Positions 41,087-52,207 of a stretch of 64,000 nucleotides of DNA are shown in pieces (the first letter of the stretch is position 1; each line of letters begins with the position of its first letter). The stretch is from Magallana gigas (lineage: Eukaryota). A program made the translations under genes and the position numbers. The stretch spans positions 38,316,001 to 38,380,000 of the forward strand of contig NC_088855.1 in NCBI RefSeq assembly GCF_963853765.1, read 5' to 3'. The notes beneath the pieces are model-generated. The model saw only the letters and a list, made by a program, of their open reading frames with translations. It did not search any database and was not told the DNA's origin.

Positions 41087-42550
41087 TAAACTTTTAAGTT
41101 GGGGAAAAAAGAGATAAAACGTCAGAAGAAGGTGTTGTAAAATATGTGATCATCAGAACTATTATTCTTCTTGAAATTTTGAAATGAGTGTGTTTTTTGT
41201 GCTCAAAACATTTTTATACTATTGTATTGCAAATGCAAATAGTTTTAAAAACAAAAACCAACTCAATTCAGGCATCATTGGTATAACTTTAAACACGGAC
41301 TGGCAAGTTCCAGAAGATCCCAACAGTGAGAGAGATTTACAGGCGTCGCACCGGGCCATCCACTTCATGTATGGCTGGTTCTTAAACCCAGTTATGAAGG
41401 GAGACTACCCCGCAATCATGAAGGAACAAGTCGACCGGAAAAGTCGTGCGCAGGGATACAAAGAAAGTAGACTTCCGGAATTCTCAGCAACGGAAAAGGA
41501 TTATATTAAAGGTATTCACCTTAACTTTACAAAGTTAACGCATACCAGATATCTTCGTTACACATAATAAAATTAATAACTAAACAGGATTAAAAATAAT
41601 TGTGATCACTGCATTATGCATAAGATGTAAATAATTATACACTTTGTGCGTGCCAGGTACTTACGACTTCCTAGGCATGAATTTTTATACGTCAAACCTG
41701 GTTTCATCCATTGATAATATAAACCAGAGTTACTACGGGGACCAGGATGTCAACTCCACGAAAGACCCTTCTTGGCTCGGGTAATGTCGCACAATAGGTT
41801 CTTTTATACATCATGCTGATGCAAATGAAGTACATCTTTGCTCGAATTATACAATGATATATAATGTAGATCTTTCATTCATATGATGACCTGATTGTTT
41901 TAGATCGGGGTCATCTTGGCTCAAAGTGACTCCTAAAGGAATTCGACGTATGCTGAATTGGGTGAAATATACCTACGGTGATTTCCCAATCTACATCACG
42001 GAAAACGGAGTTTCGGACCTTAACGGAACCATAAAGGATGAACATAGGATCTTTTATTACAAACATTATATCAACAATGTTCTAAAAGGTAGGTTTTGAA
42101 ATGATGGAATAACTTTTTAGAAGTAATTTTTTTATTGTAAAATCGCAGTTGTCTCTCCTTTGAGTGACATTACATTCTACTGACGATAGATAACGGGTTT
42201 TTTTTTCAGCCATCCGACTTGACGGAATAGACGTTCGTGGATACACGGCATGGTCATTAATGGATAACTTCGAATGGGCAAGAGGATATTCGGAACGCTT
42301 CGGTCTTCACTATGTTAACTTCAGCGATCCCGCCCGACCACGTACACCAAAAGCAAGTGCGCGGTACTATAGGTCTATTATCGAAAAAAATGGATTCAAG
42401 AAAGAAACAGTTAATAACAATGAGAATAAAACACCAGCAAACAGTAACAATCGAACACCTAACCCAGTTTCTGGGGTACAAAAGACAGTTATCTCTTTTC
42501 AAGTCCTAACTGGTTTTGTCATAGGTGTTGTGTTATGGAATTTTAAATAA
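19496..42550 (+). CDS. Six-domain GH1 beta-glycosidase (lactase/phlorizin hydrolase-like), gene 2; complete, 2974 aa
   Basis: 43 exons: 19496-19544 (signal [16 protein letters not shown]), 21606-21722; D1 22081-22211, 23092-23349, 23523-23949, 24065-24194, 24336-24520, 24723-25052; D2 25478-25608, 25940-26200, 26316-26499, 27404-27628, 27722-27848, 27966-28150, 28636-28965; D3 29138-29268, 29437-29694, 29926-30109, 30219-30461, 32038-32167, 32433-32617, 32749-33096; D4 33182-33303, 33417-33674, 33783-33936, 34033-34254, 34364-34487, 34797-34981, 35186-35545; D5 36060-36190, 36326-36583, 36687-36870, 37154-37393, 37566-37689, 38100-38284, 38830-39195; D6 39722-39852, 40394-40651, 40787-40970, 41272-41511, 41657-41780, 41904-42088, 42210-42550. 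Total 8925 nt = 2974 aa + stop, with consistent phases. NEP and TENG are intact in D1, D2, D3, D5 and D6; D4 has NDP and TEAG. One GC-AG intron (39853). Confidence 0.93.
19681..20168 (+). mobile_element. 3' fragment of HINE family A in intron 1 of gene 2
   Basis: Close direct copy of about 18610-19060. Ends AACGGAAGACCTA-CTCGTTActcgTAACGAG-ATCGTATCTAGT. Bounded by a perfect 13-bp inverted repeat, ACTAGATACGATC (19681) / GATCGTATCTAGT (20156). Confidence 0.75.
21421..21487 (+). CDS. Candidate alternative first coding exon (1b) of GH1 gene 2, encoding a second signal peptide
   Basis: aaaaATGG start; [22 protein letters not shown]; phase-1 donor G|GTAGGT compatible with the acceptor at 21606 (118-nt intron), giving ...[13 protein letters not shown]. 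Confidence 0.7.
22277..22557. mobile_element. Poly-G/C-containing MITE with 10-bp TIRs (CAGGCACGTA...TACGTGCCTG)
   Basis: Perfect terminal inverted 10-mers. A related copy lies in opposite orientation at about 60291-60596. Confidence 0.65.
26865..27336. mobile_element. Poly-G/C-rich non-autonomous element, intronic; related copy at 51714-52018 in opposite orientation
   Basis: Termini GGCGTCGTAAC / TTCCGACGCC are imperfect inverted repeats. Internal blocks (GAGAAGTGGGAGTCATAGG; GTTAGACCTAACCATTAG) match the reverse complement of 51830-51970. Confidence 0.7.
27861..27930. repeat. Tandem duplication of about 35 bp in an intron
   Basis: G(A)nTACTTGCTTTATGTTTGATGACTTT x2. Confidence 0.9.
30736..31990. 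mobile_element. PIF/Harbinger-type non-autonomous element (1255 bp) in a gene 2 intron
   Basis: TIR GGCCAGCATTTTT / AAAAATGCTGGCC with flanking TTA on both sides (30733-35, 31991-93). No transposase ORF. Confidence 0.8.
36971..37046. repeat. (AT)n microsatellite
   Basis: Read directly. Confidence 0.98.
39524..39665. repeat. Small imperfect fold-back (possible MITE relic) in an intron
   Basis: TGTCATTCAGTCAGCTAA versus TTAGTTGACTGAATGGCA inverted arms, with an internal GACTGAATG copy. No clear TSD. Confidence 0.4.
40188..40342. mobile_element. Truncated poly-G element beginning CATGCGCGGATCCAG
   Basis: GC-rich terminal motif followed by G-tracts; no matching second terminus. Confidence 0.45.
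40667..40724. repeat. (CT)n microsatellite
   Basis: Read directly. Confidence 0.98.
41045..41082. repeat. (TA)n microsatellite
   Basis: Read directly. Confidence 0.98.
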
Positions 42551-42557
42551 TTCGATA

Positions 42558-42563
42558 AATAAA
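42558..42563 (+). terminator. Candidate polyadenylation signal of GH1 gene 2
   Basis: AATAAA just after the stop at 42550. Very close to the stop, so a more distal site is possible. Confidence 0.35.
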
Positions 42564-43473
42564 ATTTATTTTTGGGAATCATATGCACTATTTGGACAAA
42601 TATTATAATATGTTTATGTCTATGTAATCTTATATGTTCTTAAAGAATATGTCCCATAAAAAATGTTGATTAGAGTTTGATTAGAAGGTTAGAAATATCT
42701 TATCAGAAGATAAATACGTGAGGACTTGTGTTTAGCTTTTAAGATAAATTTGGACCCATACTGCACTCTCCTCTTTACATTTTAAAAACTGTTTAGTATT
42801 ATGATGGTTATTTTTTAAATACGATGTCATTGCTTTATGTTAGTCATTTCATTAAAAACTTAATACATCTTGATTTTTTTTTTTGATTTCCTGAACCGGT
42901 GAAAAATTAAAATATGAAATGTTTTGTACTAATTATTTTGATAATTTATTTTTAAGAGCGCCTAGCGTTACTTATTTTTAAAAATGAATTAGCAATCATC
43001 GATGATATTGATGATCTATAATTCATGGAACCGAAAATAATCCGTTCATTTGGCTTTACAAATACAGCTTATTTTTAAGCTCTGCTTGCTTTGATTGTTG
43101 TGTGCAATGCTTTTTTTTAAACAAGGGTACATGTAACTTGGTCTCAGTGCTTTCCTACAGGACTAGACGCGATCAAAAGTTTTCGAATGTACATGTATTT
43201 AATGTAGCCCACGACAGTGATACTCGACACTTCTGTATACTGTATACATGTCATTGTATATCTGTATAGTGTAAATGTATACTAGTATACCATGTTCACT
43301 AAACAAAGCTGTGATCATATGTCAACAATATTGTTTTTAATGGTACATGTACCAATGATTAAAGCTGCGGAATAATTTCCTCGTGATTGTGATGTTTATG
43401 TGAAACTGTATGCTTGTGTATATATATTCCGAGAACTTTTAAAAAATGTAAGCATGTACATTATGTATTTATT

Positions 43474-44927
43474 TAAGGAATAAGGAATCATTCTTTGAGT
43501 ATTATGAGGTGATAATTTCGGTCGGGGCATGGTCAAATCCAATAAAGCCCGAAGAGCTTTATGATAGATTTGATCACACCCCGACCGAAATTAATTATCA
43601 CCTCATACAATGTAATATTCAAAGAATAATTCTTTATTACTTATATTTATATAATTTTAAGCCATCTTATGATTAAATATTTAAAGATGAATAAGCAAAC
43701 CCCGCTGGCGCCTCAATTTGGCGTCATTTGAAGTTTTTGGGTTGTATAGTACAAAATCGATATGTAGTGTTATCACAGGCAAAGACACTGGAAAACTGGA
43801 AAATGTGAATATATTTACATCTACCGAGTATGATTCCCTCCATTTCTTACGGAAACTTATTGTTAATTCATAGCTCCATAGAAAATGACAGGACTGAAAT
43901 CCCGTTTATCGACTGGTCGAAACCTACAGCGGCTGAAACTGACAGACAGACCTGAAATTTACACGCCTCGTTTATTGATTGGTCGAAACCTACAGCGACC
44001 TTAGCTGCAGGTCTGTAGCTCCCGGTCTGAAAAAAATCGGATGGACGACCTGGGAGCTACAGTGCCTCCAATAGTAAAAAACTGCAATTTACGGCGCCCC
44101 AAAAATTGCGCTAGTTTTGGACTTATTAATCTCATTTCCGAACATATTCTATACAAATATTTGATTCCAAAAAAACTCCTCGGACAATTTACTACAGATA
44201 TCGTCACTTTACTTGCCTCTGATATTCTTTGAAACACGATCACCAACCCTGTAAAGTGAAGTGGTGCAGTTTGTTTACATGTAAAAATGGCGACTTTCGA
44301 TCTCGACGTGAATTAATATACTTTATTTTCCGAGGTCGGTTAGCATGTTTCAAAGAAAGGCTGAGGCAAGTAAAGTAACAATATCAGTAGTAAATTGTCT
44401 GAAGAATTTAATGGTACTAATTGTTTTGGCACAGAATTTGTGTGAAAACAAGGTCCATCAGTCCAAAACTAGCGCATTTTTTTGTGCGCCGTAAATTGCA
44501 GTTTGTTACTATGGGAGGCACTGTAGCTCCCAGGTCGTCCATCCGATTTTTTTCAGACCGGGAGCTACAGACATGCAGCTACAGCGACCTAAGAAAATTA
44601 ACGGACTGCACTATATAATCATGATGTTGTCAGATTCAAATTCACGGAGGAGACGATTTCCTGTTTGTTGCAGCTAACGTACTGATGTACATTAACAGCG
44701 ATTTATTTATTTAACTTACTTTTACAATTAATTTATTAATTTGTTAAAAGAAAGATATAAATATAAAGAAATAAATGCTTTCTTTGATCATGCGGGTTCT
44801 GAGGGGAGCGATCATTGTAGAAAAAAAATTACATAACCCGCTAACGTGGATTTGTATTTTTTCTACAAGGTTGCCATCGTGATTCCCCGCATGAATTACC
44901 AAAGAAAGCATTTTATTGTTTAAATAA
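43474..44927. mobile_element. Unclassified composite repeat with long fold-back palindromes at both ends; partial copy at 57961-58506 in opposite orientation
   Basis: Palindromes of about 170 bp at 43474-43643 and about 155 bp at about 44770-44927. 43810-44927 (minus the nested MITE) aligns to the reverse complement of 57961-58506. Confidence 0.7.
44002..44581. mobile_element. Mutator-like (MULE) MITE, 580 bp, nested in the fold-back element
   Basis: TIRs of about 120 bp (TAGCTGCAGGTCTGTAGCTCCCGG...) and a 9-bp TSD CAGCGACCT (43993-44001, 44582-44590). The homologous copy near 58300 lacks the insertion. Confidence 0.85.
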
Positions 44928-45916
44928 TCACTTGTGATTTGACTTGGTTACATGATATCATTTCCGGGCTAAATTTGTAATGATAACTTGCTATGATGAC
45001 TTGACCTGCTATTGCTTCACTTTCGATTTGTTTTTGAATTATTAACTCAAGATTAGGTGCGCGTTAACAGTACACCTGTACTATGTCTTTTGTAGATCAA
45101 CTATAGACCGTGACCCTGTGTCATTTTCCAAAAATGCACCAATCTAATTTTGAAAACTGAATTGCCCTGAATCACCAACTTAAACTTTTGCATATGTCGA
45201 GTTTTTTTTCTAAAACACAATTATGAACTCTTCACAAAGAGATTTTATTAACTTCTTTCTTTTGTCATTTATTTCAATGCACCTTTTAAAACTTGTTTAA
45301 TTTTAACTACCAATTGGTAAATTAAATTTCTTGAGATGCACAAATCGTATGTGTATTATCAAATATTCATGAGCGCGTTTTTCTTGTACTTTTATAAAGG
45401 GTTTTTAGAGCAATTCCAATAAATAACTTTTCTCTCGCTTTCATATTAAAATAATTTGTCTTTTCTTTGAAAGAAAATTTGAAACTGAATTTTGTAATTA
45501 ATTGAAAAAATCGTGTTGAAAGTTCAAGGGGCATTGTACTTGATGTCAACCTATTTTATAAATTTCTCAACTGTATATAAATTTATATTCATGACATGTA
45601 TAGATAATTAAATATACAGGTTTTGGGGTAAAACAGATGTTGGAAAATTTTTCCAAAAGTAATCATTGAATTCTAATCAGAAAAAGTGGTTTAAAGCTTA
45701 AATAACAAATTAAAGATTAAACGTTTTAGATGTTTAATTTTGTATACACAACACGCTAATAAATACCTCTTAATAGGAAACAAATACATGCATATACAAC
45801 AATTAAACTAGAAATAGATCACTTCTTCTTCATCCATTGGAATACATAGGTATTCCCATTCCATTTAAACACTGTCAGAATTTTTAAAGAAAGTTTTCAT
45901 GAACGGCATTGCACCA

Positions 45917-46778
45917 TTATGGTTTGTTTGTGCCACAAGGGGGATTCACGTTAGCTGCCCAGTCACATGTCTGTAGTTCTTCATTGAAAACCAAAGCTGC
46001 AACACAGACGAAATAATAATTACCCAATTTCATTATTAAACAGAAAAATCACAATCCTATTGTCCTTCTGTAGCGTAGGTGTCTCAGTTTTTACAAAAAA
46101 TTATAAGCAGTAAGAATAAAGCCATTTTTTATTGTGGAAATCAAAATGTGTCAGAGTGACAATATAATTATGAAGGTTTGCATAATATGCATTCAGATTG
46201 AACATATATAATCTTAAGACAGTTACTTGATATAAAGATAATTTATCATCAGACAAATATTACAATAGATCTATACTCTAAAGAGACGAGACACTCAAGG
46301 CATGCAATGAATTAAATCCATTTCACCCAAAAATTCCTAGACCTCTTGCGATTTTCATTTTTATTGTGAGTTTCCATTATCAAATTCTAAATTTGTAATA
46401 CATCAAAGTCGCAACAGATTATGCTTTTAAAGATATTTTTAGCCTTTAGAATTCGAGAAAAATTTGAAGAACTTCTGATTCTAATCCTTTTGAATACTCA
46501 CTTGATGGACAAGGGTTATGTCCGAGAAATTTTCCATCAAAGCATGTGTAATAACTGTGACAGTGTTGGTCCATATCCGCGTATTTACCGTCCTTTTGAT
46601 TGGAGCAGTCCTTCATGACGCCACAGGGTGGAGAAACATTGTGAGGACTGAAAGCAGGGAGAAAAACTCATCACACTGACAGCAACGAGAAAGAATTAGG
46701 GAGACCGTGCATCCCCTCCTCCTCCTGACTGCCTCCTCCCATTCTAATTTAATTCTCAGAGAAAATATCGGGGGTTAA

Positions 46779-46829
<51 letters not shown>

Positions 46830-47612
46830 GAAATAACCTGATTTTACATAGCATGATAAACCCATATCAACCGTGCGCGACCCCCACCCACCCCTACACC
46901 CCCGCCTCCCATTTTTATTCTCAGAGTAAAATGGTGGGAGTTAGAGAGAGAGAGGGGAGAAAGAGAGAGTGAGTGAGAGAGAGGCTTACTCGTCACAGCT
47001 TCCTGTCGCGTTATTGTAGACCATTCCCTTATCACAATCTACAATGGTGACTTTTGCGCCCGTACACCTAGCAAAGGATCTGCATCCTATCTCATAAATA
47101 CCATCCTGTTGGGTGCTGCAGTCAACAGCTAGGGTGGACACTAAGAAAATATTACAAAATTTAGTTGAATGGTCATTTAAAGGAGGCTTTGTGATCTACA
47201 AATTAACCACCAGGACTTTAAAATTTCAAACTATAATTATGTAAAAAAAAAAAAATAATAATAATATTCTTACTTTATAATATCTGCATATTTTTTATAT
47301 GTAAATGTTCACAGTGTTATTCTTTTCCTCTAGGAGATTACATTGTAAAACAGTTTAAATTGGTCACCACTATACATTTCTCTAACATTAAAAAATCAAT
47401 TCCATTTAGCTTACAGATAATTCTACAATTCTGTTTCTGCAATTTGTCATAGTTGTCCATAAATCTTTTTTAAAATGTGTATTGATATTTATATTTATTT
47501 GGTTTGCATTGGTATGAATGACAATAAACTTTAATTTCTTAGAATATAAATATAATACATGAATGCACTCACCAACGACAGCTGCGAAAACCAGAACTTG
47601 TAAACCCTGCAT
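45917..47612 (-). CDS. Secreted protein with two peritrophin-A/CBM14 chitin-binding domains (138 aa), paralogue Y
   Basis: Exons 47612-47573, 47140-46990, 46647-46502, 45996-45917, all GT-AG and in phase: MQGLQVLVFAAVVVSTLAVDCSTQQDGIYEIGCRSFARCTGAKVTIVDCDKGMVYNNATGSCDDPHNVSPPCGVMKDCSNQKDGKYADMDQHCHSYYTCFDGKFLGHNPCPSTLVFNEELQTCDWAANVNPPCGTNKP*. Two six-Cys peritrophin-A patterns. Absent from the ORF track. Confidence 0.92.
46785..46825. repeat. (GA)n microsatellite in a CBM14 gene intron
   Basis: Read directly. Confidence 0.97.
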
Positions 47613-48989
47613 GATGATGATGTGTGCAACTACCCGGAGAAGAAGTAAAAGTGAGCGAGAGATAAAGGAGTTTGGTATATATACAATACTGTTGACTGCT
47701 AGACTACCAGGCGGTAATTGTCTGATACAAACCACCCACCCTAAGGTTATCTCTGTCTTTGATAACAGTAAAAGGGTGCAAATGTCTTGGGCCACGTTTA
47801 CTATGACTTGGACGGTTCATTATGGGCTCTCATCAATGCCAAAAGTTTGTTGAATAACTAAAACCCCTTTGAAGCATTTCGTATGACGTTAAAGGGCCAA
47901 CTTTTTTAATATTTAAAGTTTGTGTATTTTTTGTGTAATTATAAAACTATTAAAGGTGAAATTCTTGAACTATCAAGTAAAATTTTACAATAAATTTTTT
48001 ATCCTGACCCATTCTCGCTGCTAAAGAATGAAACAAATGTCTGGTAATTTTTATATTTTATACATTTTTTCAAATACTGCAGCCTTTATTATAACTAAGG
48101 ATAATATGTTTTAATTCGAGATATGAATAATTTTTTAAGAGAGAAAATATTAAACCTCTATTGCTGCTTTTTTTCGCTTTCATAAAAACAATACCACCTT
48201 TGCATTAAATACTATTATTTAAATCAAAGTGTATTGCCAATCATCGATTTAAGGACATACATGTAGGCACCCGTCCTAGCTGCCGTAGATTTTTAAGTCG
48301 ATTTCTAGCGTAGACGGGGCGTTACACCACGAGTTCCAACGTTGCGTGGACTTGTTAAAGAGGTGCACTGGGCAGTACTATTTGTCCGGAGATTAGGGCA
48401 AACAACGGTGATACTAATCCTTATTCTACCTTTATATCTCTGAAGAGCGAAACATCGTGACATAAGTGTACATTAATGGCTAGCCCTCAAAGGTGACGAA
48501 AATTGTACCGTTAGCTTAAATTGACGCAACATACCTATGCAGTCTCTCTTATACTAAAGGATTTTATTTTTTGTATTTCAAATTGATTCATTCTTTCAGT
48601 AAAGTCTTGTACGAATTATTCAATTTTCATTTGTAGTGAAATGCATTCACCAAAAATTATATTGATTAAGAACTTGGTAATAGTTTTATTTTTATTTATT
48701 TATTTTTTTTTTGGGGGGGGGAGGGAGAATAAGATTTCTTTTTTGAAACTTCGTACATTTTACTAATGATGTAAAAATCTTAATGATTCCTCCCAAAATC
48801 AGAATTTCCCAGGTTTCTAGTTGAACGATAGAATATTTTGTTGACCCCCCCCCCCCCAATAAAAAAACCGAAATTATTCATAAAAGTTTATTGAAATTTT
48901 TGTTTATTTAGATATTTGTTATAACAAAAATTACATCTCAAACTTGATAACTCGTATGATATTTGATTATCAAATACAAGACTCTGAAT

Positions 48990-49192
48990 CGTGCTACTGC
49001 ACAATTAAAACAGATCATATCGTTCCGTGCAAGAAACGAACCGTATCGTTCACAAATCGAACCGTATGTACCGTGCAAAAAGCGTGCAATGATAATTAAT
49101 GCAAGCCTCGCCAAAATCGACCAAACAAGCGCACCGTTCCATGCTAAAAAAAGTGTCACTTCCACATACGGCTTGCCGACCCGTTATGGAAT
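48990..49192. mobile_element. Probable single end of a DNA transposon with ACCGT/AACCG sub-terminal repeats
   Basis: Several (A)ACCGT/TCCGT motifs ending GCCGACCCGTTATGGAATA. No partner terminus found. Confidence 0.35.
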
Positions 49193-50769
49193 AAATTATG
49201 TTAACTATAATTTGCAGTGTTCTTTATTTCATTTGATACCATCGAAAAATTTGTTTAATATAAAAATGTCCATTTCATAAATTAAACTTCACCAATCCTT
49301 TGGTTATCGATAATCCTTTCATGGTCGATTACCATAAATGGTCGCAAAGCATGATAGAGTTGCTGTTGCTAATGATCATAATGATACATGTATTTCGATT
49401 GTACTTAGAGAAAAGCATGTGTTAATTCTAATTTCTGATCAGATTACATTAAAAGTTATACGTTTCTATCAATAACTACTGTCGGTTATTTCAGCGGAAC
49501 TTTATTTTGAGACTCAACTCTACTTGTGTAAAATCTCAAATATAAACCACGGATAAACTGTTATGCGATTCACAAATAATTAACTAAAGCTTGTTAAATA
49601 TTACCTTTAAACTTTGACAATCGACAATGAGACATGATGATAATAAAATTGTTAGAATACATCATATATATGCATGTTATTAATAGAAATTATTATTTTC
49701 TTTGTAATTTTATTCGACCATTGTAATAGAATAGCCAGGATACATCAATAATATCGTTTTTGAATTAACTAATTTATGTAAGTTGAGCAAAAAAGTAAAA
49801 ATCAATCGTGAACTACACTAAAAGTACAATTTTTTCATAAACAATTTGACCTATTTTTGAAAGTCTTTACTAAATGTGCTTGTGACCTAAAATTATGCAA
49901 AGTCTGCATATTACATTATATTCAATAAAAATTGTTATTAATGGTTGCATTCACACTTTATGTGAAAAACAGCTTGAAGACTACTTCTTAACAACGAAAA
50001 AGCGCTTATTTAGACACATAATGCACAATTAAACTCCCATAGCTGTCACATTACCACCTAGATTTTTGATGCTGCAAGTACATTTATATTTGATAAGGAA
50101 CACACAACTCACAAATATGGCGAAGTAATTTACGGAACAGAAAGGATTCCTGACAAACGAAAAAAAAAGAATCTTTACAAATATAAAATAAGAGAAAAAA
50201 GGTATAAATAAAGTGTAGAAGTCCTGTTTTGACTTAAAGATAATTAGAATTAGAGGGGAAGACCGGAAATGATCATATGGACAGGGGTTTTCAGTGTCAG
50301 TTGTGATAATGAACATGTTACTATTTATGGCAATGAAAGCTGAAACAGTTAATATCAAAATGAGGTTATTATTATATTCATAAAATATGACCATCTTTGT
50401 TATCGTAGAACGATATATTTTTTTTACAATGTTTATTTGTTGATAACCACAATGCACGACGTCTTTCAAATTAAATTCAATAAAACCCCTATAAACTAAT
50501 TTAAAATCTGCGACTAATAGTGTAGATAGGAAGACTGGTCGACAATAGAGTTACTGATTCACGATGGATGGGTCATTAGATTGACTTGTTTGACATGTCG
50601 ATAGTCAAGTAATATGACAAGTTAGCAGGTAATGAGTCGATAAAACGACTTGTCGGCATATTTTGTCATATGATAGTAGGACCGACTGCTTGACAGATAG
50701 AAAGATCAATAGTCACTGGTCGATAAGTCGAAATTCATTGGAGTCACTGGTCGAGGGGTCGACAAGTAT

Positions 50770-50994
50770 ATAGAGTGACTGGTCGACAATTCGGCAGTTC
50801 AATACAATGACTGGTCGACAGGTTGGGCGTTCAATAGAGTGACTTGTCGACAAGTCGGATGTTCAGTATAATGAATAGTCGACTGGTTGGAAGTTCAATA
50901 GAATGACTAGTCAACATGTCAGTAGTTTAATAGAATGACTGGTCGACATGTCGGTAGTATATTAGAGTGATTTTTCAACCTGTTGATCGGTCAA
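50770..50994. repeat. 32-bp minisatellite, about 7 copies with a GTCGAC core; degenerate copies extend upstream to about 50520
   Basis: Unit approximately ATAGAGTGACTGGTCGACAAGTCGGCAGTTCA; followed by CCTAAC/TAACCCTAACC motifs at about 51080-51100. Confidence 0.85.
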
Positions 50995-51713
50995 TTGAAT
51001 AGCTACTCGACAGGTTGACTGATAAATAGAGTGACCGCTTTATAAATAAATTTTTACTAAACGCCATCTTAACCTCACCTAACATGTAACCCTAACCAAA
51101 CAATTTGTGTTGACCTGTCGTTATTCGATTTCTAAAGTACATGTATTCTATAAAGAATACTTACGTTTCATATCTATCTTCAATACTATAATATCTATTT
51201 TTGCTATGGTTATGATTCTATATCTTTTAACTTGATTATTGTGTATAAATGACCTGTTATAATCAAACCTACTTTCTCATTATCTTTTGATATGGACTAA
51301 AAGTGTCTGATTCTGAACTCCACAAGGCAACTTTTCTATTGTTTAGGTCCGTAGCTTTTTGGCATTTGAGTTTATGCACATGAAAATACACCTTGGGCCC
51401 TTTTGCACGTACGTTCTATATAGTTTATCAGAGAGAATTCTTACAATTATTACAGATAGAAATTCTCTTACAACCCAAACATTTGTTGGGCCCATATGTT
51501 GATATAATGTACATACCGCTTGAAAACATTTTTAACATATTTAATTTCCAAATTTTTAATGTTACCACACGACAAAAATGAAATCTCGCTCATGTTACTT
51601 ATTTATCATAAAATGTGCATGGAATAAGGTGAGGATCAAATCTAACATTGCATAATAATCAGTAAATTTTCCCTTGGTGTTATGCAATAACCAGTATAAC
51701 TCCTCTTTATACG

Positions 51714-52018
51714 CAGTGGCTTCGGAAACAAATTGAAAACAAATTGGAGGGGGGGGGGGGGGGCTAGACTATATCTTGACTAAACCTAATTCCACAATCA
51801 TGAAAATCCTCATCCGTGGTGGGGGGGGGGGGGTAGTAGTATACCTATGACTCCCAACTTCTCAATATTTCAATCTTTTCAAGGTAAATTTAAGAACAAT
51901 TATGTTTGCTGCCAGAAATAGTGGGGGGCTGAATCCTCTATGATGCTATTTTTCTAATGGTTAGGTCTAATTTAGTCCCCTCCCCATTCCACCACCCCAC
52001 CCGGTTCCGACTCCTATG
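51714..52018. mobile_element. Poly-G/C element, shorter copy of 26865-27336 in opposite orientation
   Basis: Starts CAGTGGCTTCGGAAAC, ends GGTTCCGACTCCTATG; shares internal blocks with the first copy. Confidence 0.65.
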
Positions 52019-52207
52019 ATACGATGATTTTATCGTATGAACAGATGTTTATAAGTAACATAAAACTGACAAAAAATGAAGTCTAATTAATACAAAAAAA
52101 GGCAAAACAAAATGTTCCTAATAAATATAAGTGTTTATTGAGGTGCATAGAATACATAGCGAGAGGTAGCTGTGTTGCAGAAGGTAGTGAGGTTTTCATT
52201 GGTTACA

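Noticed and set aside
44001-44618. ORFs 44001-44246, 44041-44232 and 44421-44618 as transposase fragments
   Set aside because: They are mirror translations of the MITE TIRs; no DDE-like sequence.
47416-47464. Possible extra exon in CBM14 paralogue Y (followed by GTAAG)
   Set aside because: Phase 1 in and phase 0 out would break the frame; weak acceptor.
50029-50469. 146-aa minus-strand ORF
   Set aside because: F/I/K-rich composition typical of AT-rich non-coding DNA; no domain recognised.
50770-50994. CRISPR-like array (also considered for 12132-12286)
   Set aside because: Head-to-tail repeats without unique spacers, eukaryotic context, no cas genes.
51290-51400. Possible CBM14 terminal exon on the - strand (VYF..C and PCG motifs)
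   Set aside because: The motifs are in different frames with wrong Cys spacing; the true last exon of X is 52281-52208.
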